Source: a virus | Taxonomy: Duplodnaviria; Caudoviricetes | Reading direction: 5' to 3' (one strand) | Length of the DNA: 64,000 nt | Virus record (IMG/VR): IMGVR_UViG_3300049191_000067 | Coordinates: 1,156-65,155 of that record | Shown here: piece by piece, positions 56,772-64,000 of the stretch | Layout: each line of letters opens with the position of its first letter | Numbering within the stretch: the first letter of the stretch is position 1 | Made by a program: the position numbers and the translations under genes | Notes under the pieces: generated by a model | Told to the model about the DNA's origin: nothing | Databases searched by the model: none | Seen by the model: only the letters and a program-made list of their open reading frames with translations

Positions 56772-57097
56772 ATGGGATTGGACACTTCGCACGACGCTTG
56801 GCACGGCGCCTACAGCGCATTCACGAGATGGCGCAACACGGTGGCCGCGGCTGCTGGCTACGCAGTCTGGGACGTCATGTACGAGGACGGTTACCAGTCG
56901 CCGACCGTGATGATCGACTGGGGGCACATCACCGAGCGGAACTTGCAGGGCGACGGAGCAGTTCATCGCGGGGCTCCGGGCCGCCGTTGAGGCCGGCGAG
57001 GATGTGGATTTCCACTGACGCTGCCGCTGTACGTGAGTGGCACGCCAACCGACCAGGGCGGGGACACAGGACAGATATGGACAAGGAGAAGCAATGA
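56772..57097 (+). pseudogene. Probable deletion scar joining a truncated gene to an HTH-gene remnant
   Basis: MGLDTSHDAWHGAYSAF.RWR ORF loses coherence after NLQGD; followed by fragment AVREWHANRPGRGHRTD. Confidence 0.45.
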
Positions 57098-59427
57098 TCT
57101 GCGGCCACCAGGTTCAACACCCGTTTAACGGCCTGCCGTTCGTGTGCACCCGGGACAAGCACGGCAACGACACCGGTCACATCTTCGAGTGGAAGCACGC
57201 CGGGGCATTCGGTGCGGCCGTCGGTGTGGCATTTCAAGAATGCGGGCGCCAGATGGAGATCGCCGCCGCCAGGCTCGCGCAGTTCGCGGCCACGGCGAGG
57301 GAGCGCCGATGACCACGAACACCACGGAGACCGTCTCCGTCTCCCTCGCGGAATTCACCGCCGAGGCCAGGATGCTAACGGGATTGCGGGATGCCGCCGA
57401 CAACGTCGGCGAATACTGCGCCTACGGGATCGCCCTGTCGATGCTGCACCGGCTCAGCGGCGGAGCGGTCGGGGTGACGCTACAGGACCAGCCGGGATGG
57501 AACGAGCGGGAGGACAAGGACTGATGGCAGGACTGGACATCCCGGACGAGGTGTGGTCCAAAGCTTGCGGCGCGGCCGGCTACGACAGCTCTGACGAGTT
57601 GTGGGGCGAGGTCGTCGAGCTGGTACGCGCTGCCGCCCCGTTGATCGTGGCGGCCGAACTGGATTCCCTCGCTCGGGACATGATCAAACAGTGGGGCCAG
57701 ATGCGCGCCGACGACGTACGCGGGTTTGGACTCAACGAGGCGGTCCGGCAGCTCCGCGCCCGCGCCGCCGAGCTTCGCGGGGAGGGCTGAATGGCCGGCA
57801 TCGTGACCCACGGCGGAGACCTAGCCCGCATCTGGCGGCCAGAGCACCCCCGTGACTCTCGCTGCGTCAGGTGCGCAGAGTCGTGCTCGACGGTGGCGCT
57901 GACCAAACTGGCCTACACCTTCGAGCCATGCGACTGCGACTCGGAACCATATGTCCACTTGACCGAGCGGCTGTGGCATCGGGATTGCCTCGCAGCCCAT
58001 GAAGCGGGGGCGTGATGTCCACCGAGTCCACCCCACTGGCCCAGAGGCTGCGAGACATGGCCGGGAAGCTGGCCTTCGACGAGGTCCGCAAGTGGCACGT
58101 CCCGGAAGCGAACCGCTACGGCGGCGTGGTGCACCCGATGGGACCGACCGAGAAGGACGTCGGGCGGGCGATCGTCCCAGCGCTGCTCCGGGAGATCGCC
58201 AAGGGCGCATCCGCGGACATGCAGCGGCAACTGCGCGAACTGGCCTGGGAGATCGAGGCGCTACCCAACGTGCCCGTCGCCGACTCCATCGACCACCGCC
58301 AGGAAGGGACACCATGACCACCGCCAAAGACCACATCGCCAACACCCTCAAACGCGCCCAACACTGCTGGGATGAGGTGCTCGACCCGAAAGCGCCCGAC
58401 AACAGCGCCGTCAACCTGCTGATCTACCACGTGACCACCGCGGTCCTGCTCGAACACGTCCGGCGGCTCGACCCCGACCTGGCCGACCAGCTCGTGCCCT
58501 GGCTCATGGGCAAGGACGGCGGGATCTTCGCCGACGGCTACGCCGTCGAGTTGCTCTACCAGTGGCGCCAGCAGGTGGCCGCCGGTGAGCCAATGGGACC
58601 GATCGGGCCGCCTCCCGCGGACGGAGAGAAGGACTGATGAGCATGCGGATCACCTCCGAGCGGATGACCAGCGATCAGACCGAGCACTGGGCTGAGCCGG
58701 CAACGGACGACCAGTACGGCCCGTGGCGGGTGTCGTGGCTGGGTGGGCTCGAGTTCACCCGCAACCAGGCAATCACCGCGATGACCCTCGCCGAGGCAAT
58801 CGAGCAGATGCAGCGCGACGGAGAGCTGTCCGTCGGACACCCTCTCTGGCCGCACGTCCAGTCCTGGGCTGGCGAGCTGGGCATGTCGGCCATGGCTGCC
58901 GTTGAACTGACGTGGAAGTGGGAGTGAGCCGTGGGGTTGCCGCGGGCAGAGGTGAAGGAGAAGCAGTGACCGGAGACGTGACCTGCACGGATCGTGCCAA
59001 AGTGAACGACGTCGTCTACACCTGCGCCCGGGAGGATGGACACCCCGGGATGCACATCAGCGAGGAGCAAGCCGTCTGGTCACCGGGCATGGGCATCCCG
59101 GTGCCGCACGTGATTTCTGAGCGGAACCTCTCGCCAGGGGCCAAGCGGGTGTCCGACTTGCTCGGGATGGTTGGCCGGACGCTCAACGGCACCCCGGAGG
59201 AGAACCTGGCTCAACGTGAAGCCGACCACAAGGTCTTCACTGACCGCCACGCCTACATGCTGGAGGTCATCACAGACCCGATCCTCCGGGAGATGATCGA
59301 GGCACACCAGCCCCAAGGCGGATGGGATGCGACCTGCGGCGAGTGTGAGCCCTACTTCGACGACTACGGCGAGCAGCCCGCCTCGTGGCCCTGTCAAGTG
59401 TGGATGTTCGTCTCAGACCGACTCTGA
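57094..59427 (+). CDS. Run of eight small coupled ORFs (57094-57312, 57309-57524, 57524-57790, 57791-58015, 58012-58317, 58314-58637, 58637-58927, 58966-59427)
   Basis: Start/stop-coupled chain with GGAG RBSs; two are paralogs of left-arm genes. Confidence 0.6.
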
Positions 59428-59435
59428 AAATAGCC

Positions 59436-59471
59436 GGACCTGGTGCCCAACCGTAGTTGGGCACCAGGTCC
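59436..59471. terminator. Bidirectional terminator between convergent blocks
   Basis: Perfect 16-bp stem GGACCTGGTGCCCAAC-CGTA-GTTGGGCACCAGGTCC. Confidence 0.85.
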
Positions 59472-59508
59472 TTCGACCGGCTCCTGGGTCACAAGCCCGG
59501 AGCGTCGG

Positions 59509-59676
59509 TCAGCAGCGCGGCAGGCTGCCCGCCTTCACCGCTGCCAGCAGGCCGGATAGTTCGACCCTCAGGGCCGGGCCATCCGAGTTCTTGCTGTCAC
59601 GAAGCGCGCCGCACCACGCCAGTTCGATACAGTCGGACGTCCCAGTACTGAAACTGCTCTTCTTCCAGGTCAACAC
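59509..59676 (-). CDS. DUF397-domain protein (not in track)
   Basis: Manual translation MLTWKKSSFSTGTSDCIELA...LRDSKNSDGPAL. Confidence 0.9.
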   Translation of the reverse strand: MLTWKKSSFSTGTSDCIELAWCGALRDSKNSDGPALRVELSGLLAAVKAGSLPRC

Positions 59677-60521
59677 GGGTTCCCTTCGGTCGCCAATCTC
59701 TTGAGAGCGTCTGCGATGGCCCCGCGAGACTGCGCCGAGTCCATCGCAGACCGTAGGACCATATCGGCTGCTGCCCGGTAGCGAGCAGTGTCTTCCGACT
59801 CATGCAAGAAGAGGCCACTGTCGTGTATCTCCAGGTGCACCACGGGATCGCCCACGTGGCGCTCGACCACGATGAACGGTCCGATCAGGCCCGGATGCCA
59901 GCCTGCCGCCAACGGGACGATCCGGATGTCCACCGACTCCCACTCGGCCACTTCAGCGAGCCTGGCCAGTTGGTCGCGCATGACCTCGCGCCCGCCGACC
60001 TGGACGTGCAGCGCCGCCTCCCCGATTAGCGCCAGCAGCCGCGGCCGACCGCTGCGAACCAGGATGTCGCGCCGACCGATCCGTACCGCGACGCGCAGCT
60101 TCATCTCACCCGAGTGAATGCCAGCAGCTTCCATGATTGCGCTCGTGTAGGCGGTGGTCTGCAGCAGCCCCGGGATCAACAGCGGCGCGACGTGCACGAT
60201 TCGGTCGGCCTCGGCCTCGAACTGCAGCAGCGCGGCGACTTGCCGCTGGGTGCCGCCGAGCCATTGCGGCCTGTCCCCCGCGCGAGCCAGTTCGATCAGT
60301 TCGTCACGTCGCTCATCGATCACGCCCAAGCCGACGAGCACGCCGGCAACGTCCTCCGGCTTTGGCATGCGCGCGCCAGTCTCCCACCGGCTGACGGTCG
60401 TGTGGTGGACGCCGATCCGCGTCGCCAAGTCTCGAACGCTCAACCCGGCGGCCTCGCGGGCGACGCGCAACTCCATGCCGATCGCCGAGGCGCGCGGCGT
60501 CGGGAACCCGTTGCCACCCAT
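59670..60521 (-). CDS. XRE-HTH + DUF5753 regulator
   Basis: ELRVAREAAGLS...VSRWETG; LIPGLLQTTAY; IGEAAL..QVGG.EVMRDQL. Confidence 0.92.
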   Translation of the reverse strand: MGGNGFPTPRASAIGMELRVAREAAGLSVRDLATRIGVHHTTVSRWETGARMPKPEDVAGVLVGLGVIDERRDELIELARAGDRPQWLGGTQRQVAALLQFEAEADRIVHVAPLLIPGLLQTTAYTSAIMEAAGIHSGEMKLRVAVRIGRRDILVRSGRPRLLALIGEAALHVQVGGREVMRDQLARLAEVAEWESVDIRIVPLAAGWHPGLIGPFIVVERHVGDPVVHLEIHDSGLFLHESEDTARYRAAADMVLRSAMDSAQSRGAIADALKRLATEGNPC

Positions 60522-60673
60522 GCACCGCAGCATACAAGCCCCGACGGGGGTGAGAGCACTCCACCAAACGGGGTATTGCCTTCTGCGGTGCCGCATGGTG
60601 CCATTGAGTGGCAGCAACCCGGCACCACGTTCGCAGCGTCTGCACATGCAGAGACCCGCGGGGAGGCCCCACT

Positions 60674-61451
60674 ATGACGCACCCGCCAGCGATGAGGTGG
60701 ACCGTACCGGTTCAGGTCGGCAGAGAGATCGCGGACCTTGAGGTCTATGTCTCCCATGGCGAGGTCGTCATGACCGGCCCACCGCGGGTCGCGTGCATCG
60801 TGCCCCCCGACTCCGACGCTCAGTTGTGCGAGGCGCTCCGGGCCGCTCGGGCGGTTGCCGAGGAGATGGGGCGGACATGATCGAGGTTCTCTATGGAACC
60901 GCGGCCTACCTCGGCGGATGCCTGGCGGTGTTTGCGTGGCAGGAACGTCTCGTCCCCGCTGTGTGTCGGTGGCGGGAATCCAAACCAGGGCTGTTGAGGC
61001 ACGGCGCACCCCGAAGCCTCCAGCCCTCTGCGGCGGGCAGTGCGACCGGGCTGCCCGCCGCACCCAGCAGCCGGGGAGGCGTCGCCCCCGAGGCGTCTCC
61101 CCGGCCCCCAGCCCCGGCGGGCACAGTGGAACCCCCGGACTCCGTGCTCGCCGGGCTCCACATCTCGGTGGACGTGGACCTGTCCCCTTCGCCCACGTCC
61201 ACCGGGGCTACGTCATGAGGGTCGAGGGAGACGACCGGCTGTTCGCAGCACTGCTGACGCTGCAGGACTCGCTGGGAGTGGTGGCGGCGGACCTGCTGGC
61301 CGGCAAGCTCGGCGCCGAGGACCGGCACCGGCTGTCGGTGGTCATGGCGACGTTGTCCTACGACCTGGAGCAGGGGGCAAGGGCTGGGGACGCAACGGAA
61401 CGCGACTCGGCTGCGTCCCCAGCCCGCCTCGACCTGGGCGGACCGAGGTAA
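60674..61451 (+). CDS. Three small ORFs divergent from XRE (60674-60880, 60877-61218 with N-terminal TM, 61215-61451)
   Basis: ATGA-coupled chain. Confidence 0.55.
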
Positions 61452-61455
61452 CCCG

Positions 61456-61905
61456 ATGGCCCATCCGCGTCCCGCGCCGCCGCCGATCCATCCCTGGCAG
61501 TGCATGTGGGGGTGCAGGCGGCAAGCCAACGACATGGCCACGCTACGCGAGCATGAGCGGGTGTGCGACAACAAACCGACCGGATGGCTGACCAGCAACG
61601 AAGGGGACTGACATGGCCGACTGCCAGCACAACGGCGGCACCCACGAAGCATCGGAAGGCAACCCCGACGGCACCGTGACGGTCGGGGTGTATTGCAACC
61701 AATGTGATCAGATGATCAGCTCACGGGTCGAGTGATGATCGCGGCCTGCAACATTCCACCCGCATCCAGCGACTAACAACCCATGCTAGGGAAGTTGCTG
61801 GGCTGGATCTTCTTCCGCCGCTGCCCCACCTGTCGTGAACCGATGCTTCGGCAGTTGAGGGAGTGTGACGCGTGCTATCTCGCCCGCGCCTACGGCCAGG
61901 ACTGA
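61456..61905 (+). CDS. Three Cys-rich micro-ORFs (61456-61611, 61613-61735, 61783-61905)
   Basis: Manual translations with CMWGC..H..C, CQH..CNQC, CPTC..CDAC. Confidence 0.45.
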
Positions 61906-62120
61906 AGCAGTTCGGGGTGGGTGTCGCCCTGCTGCTGGTTGACGGTGTCGCGCTGCTCTACGGCGGCCTCTACGGGCTCGTCGTGTGCGCCGTCACCGGC
62001 GGCGCGGCGGGCTACGTCTGGTTGGTGCTCGAGCCCATGCGCCGACTCATCCCAGAGACGACAAAGCAGGCCCCCGACCTCGACCCGGCAGCAGGGGAGC
62101 CGGGGAGGTCGGGGGCCTAG
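61872..62120 (+). CDS. Small 2-TM protein
   Basis: Hydrophobic ORF; start uncertain. Confidence 0.5.
   Translation: MLSRPRLRPGLKQFGVGVALLLVDGVALLYGGLYGLVVCAVTGGAAGYVWLVLEPMRRLIPETTKQAPDLDPAAGEPGRSGA
62068..62118. terminator. Hairpin at convergence point
   Basis: AGGCCCCCGACCTC...GAGGTCGGGGGCCT 14-bp inverted repeat. Confidence 0.65.
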
Positions 62121-62130
62121 GGGCTTTGCG

Positions 62131-62943
62131 TTAGCTGACGAGCGTGAGCTGACTGCCTGGCGGGAACAGGCGCTGACGGATGAAGTCGACGCCGGACGGG
62201 TGTACGTACGTCGTGTAGTGGGCCATCTCGCGCCCGTTCTGGTCGTGGCTGCCGCCGATCACCTTGAAGTGTGCGGCGTGGCGCTGATAGGGCCGGTTGT
62301 CCCGTTGCAGGACGCCGTCCTCGCGCAGACGGCGGAACAGGGTGTTCCGGCCGATGCCGAGCATGTTCGCCACCGCGCCCATGGAGTAGGTGCCGTCCGC
62401 CTCCATGAAGGCGTCGAAGGCGTCCACCTTGGGCGCCATCTCCTCCGTCACGGCTTCGAGCTCAGCGCGGCGAGCTTCGGCGAGCTCCGCGCGACGTTCG
62501 GCATCCGCCCAGTTCTCGGCCAGTTCGCGTCGGGACAGTGGCCGTAGTTGGCCGTACGCGCCGGTGCGCCGGATGGACGGCAGTACGTCGTGGGTGAGCC
62601 ACCGCCTGAAGGCCTTCGCCTCCGCCTTGGAGCTCCACAAGATTGCGGAGTAGAGCCCCGCCTCGCTGAACAGGGTGACCAGCTGACCCGACAACCTAGG
62701 GTCATGCGCCGCCCCTAGCGTGAACTGGGCAAACTCCCACGGCTGGAGTACTCGATACTCGTCAGCGTCCATCCGACGCACCAGGTCGGCAGCCTTGCGG
62801 TGTCCGAGGATCGAGCACACGTCGGCCGCGACGAACCACGGTTCGCCGTCGATCAGGACGACCCGGACCTGTTGCGCGGTGTCCGGGAACACGAAGGGCT
62901 GGATGGCGCTGTCAGGCGTGCGCGGGTAGGCGGAGTCTGGCAT
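62131..62943 (-). CDS. Antirepressor, BRO-N + ANT/KilAC
   Basis: VRVVLIDGEPWFVAADVCSILG; SEAGLY; FRRWLTHDVLPSIRRTG; IGRNTLFRRLRE. Confidence 0.93.
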   Translation of the reverse strand: MPDSAYPRTPDSAIQPFVFPDTAQQVRVVLIDGEPWFVAADVCSILGHRKAADLVRRMDADEYRVLQPWEFAQFTLGAAHDPRLSGQLVTLFSEAGLYSAILWSSKAEAKAFRRWLTHDVLPSIRRTGAYGQLRPLSRRELAENWADAERRAELAEARRAELEAVTEEMAPKVDAFDAFMEADGTYSMGAVANMLGIGRNTLFRRLREDGVLQRDNRPYQRHAAHFKVIGGSHDQNGREMAHYTTYVHPSGVDFIRQRLFPPGSQLTLVS

Positions 62944-63116
62944 GGTGTCCGGTGCGTCTTCCTGTGAGAGGGAAAGGTGCGACGTCGGCGGGGCCTGTGG
63001 TCGCACACAGGCCCCGCCACCCGTCCCTGGCAACGTCTCTCGACGTGACCGGAGCTGGTGAACCGAACCTACGCTTTGCCGGACGGACGCGGATCCATCC
63101 GATCGCGGCGTGTTGC

Positions 63117-63206
63117 GCTCCCCCGAGCTGCAACCCGGATGCAGGGGGTATCCGAGGAGCTCGGGGGAGCTGGCCCCGCCGCAGTGGGGGGGTGCGCGGC
63201 GGGGGT
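63117..63206. repeat. Paired GC-rich hairpins (terminator or REP-like)
   Basis: GCTCCCCCGAGCT/AGCTCGGGGGAGC at 63117-63170, plus CCCCGCCGCA...GCGGCGGGG. Confidence 0.55.
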
Positions 63207-63234
63207 CGCGTGAACATGATGATGAGCGTGCTCG

Positions 63235-63999
63235 TCAGAACGGTACGGGCTGTCCCGCGTTGGACCCGTCGTGGTAGACGTTCCCGCTCACCTGCGCTTC
63301 GTCCTGGCAACCCGTCCACGGGCCGAACGCGCCCACCGTCGGATAGAACAGCGTCGAGAAGTGGTTGTTCAACACCCGGTAGTTGCTGGCCGTGCCGTTG
63401 TAGTCGCAATACAGGCTGTACGCCCCACCCGCCAGCAGGTTGTTCTGCACCAGGACGTCCTCATCTCCTGATGGATTGGAGATCACCGACGAGGTCCCGG
63501 CGTTGGCGTAGATGGTGTTGTGGTCCACGGTGATGTCCCGGGCGTGGTTCACCTCGGTCGAGCCGTTGAGGTAGTGGGCGAACTGGATGCCGTCGGTGTG
63601 CGCCACCGCACTGTTGGCCAGGTCGTGGATGTAGGAGTCCCGCACCGTCACGTGCTGGTTGGCGTCGAACCCGTTCTCGCAGCCGTGCACGTTCACCCGG
63701 AGCGCGACGATGTTGGCTTCGCCGACCGCTGTGCGGCCGGTGGTGTCCCGGCAGTCGATCTCGGAGTCCCGGATCGTCAGGGGGGCAGCGGGGGTGGAGC
63801 CGGTGTCGAAGTAGGCAATGGCCAGGAAGCTGTCGCACGAGATCCGGGACCGGCTGATCGTCACCCCGGGCGCGCGAACCTCCACGCAACCGCGGATGTC
63901 CTTGGCGTCCACCGTGTCGTTGGCCGTGGTGATGGTGACGTCACCGTTGACGACCTCGAGCTGCGTGCCGGCCGGGACACCAGTGTTCGAGGCGTCGGG
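63235..63999 (-). CDS. Right-handed beta-helix (pectin lyase-like) protein, 5' end outside window
   Basis: PDASNTGVPAGT...TIRDSEID...DSYIHDL...HTDGIQ...NNLLAGG. Confidence 0.8.
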   Translation of the reverse strand, partial: PDASNTGVPAGTQLEVVNGDVTITTANDTVDAKDIRGCVEVRAPGVTISRSRISCDSFLAIAYFDTGSTPAAPLTIRDSEIDCRDTTGRTAVGEANIVALRVNVHGCENGFDANQHVTVRDSYIHDLANSAVAHTDGIQFAHYLNGSTEVNHARDITVDHNTIYANAGTSSVISNPSGDEDVLVQNNLLAGGAYSLYCDYNGTASNYRVLNNHFSTLFYPTVGAFGPWTGCQDEAQVSGNVYHDGSNAGQPVPF

Positions 64000-64000
64000 G

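Noticed and set aside
1-64000. DGR, retron, CRISPR array, invertase or IS element
   Set aside because: No reverse transcriptase, cas, serine recombinase or transposase motifs, and no regularly spaced repeats seen by eye.

Overview
The window is almost entirely a temperate siphovirus (prophage or phage genome) of a high-GC filamentous actinomycete; the host assignment is inferred from the WhiB, SARP and XRE/DUF397 genes. Minus strand, right to left: Cro/excisionase switch (52.3-52.9 kb), early/recombination genes, replication (initiator, primase-helicase), Dam-type methylase, middle genes including a SARP, a late regulator, a tRNA-Tyr-like element, HNH/terminase, portal, protease, HK97-fold capsid, an unusually long head-accessory cassette with a glycosyltransferase-like gene, tail, tape measure with lytic transglycosylase, and lysis genes (endolysin runs off the left edge). 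Plus strand from 53.1 kb: repressor, tyrosine integrase, an apparently intact attP, cytosine methylase and a second block of small genes. An XRE-DUF5753/DUF397 pair, a BRO/ANT antirepressor and a 5'-truncated beta-helix gene lie at the right edge. Best leads: (1) phage copies of host developmental and secondary-metabolism regulators (adjacent McdR-like MerR + WhiB2-like genes, a SARP, an XRE/DUF397 pair); (2) a possible virion-glycosylation cassette; (3) three CA(G/C)UCAGA-loop hairpins upstream of the capsid gene. All product calls come from motif recognition by eye, without database searches.
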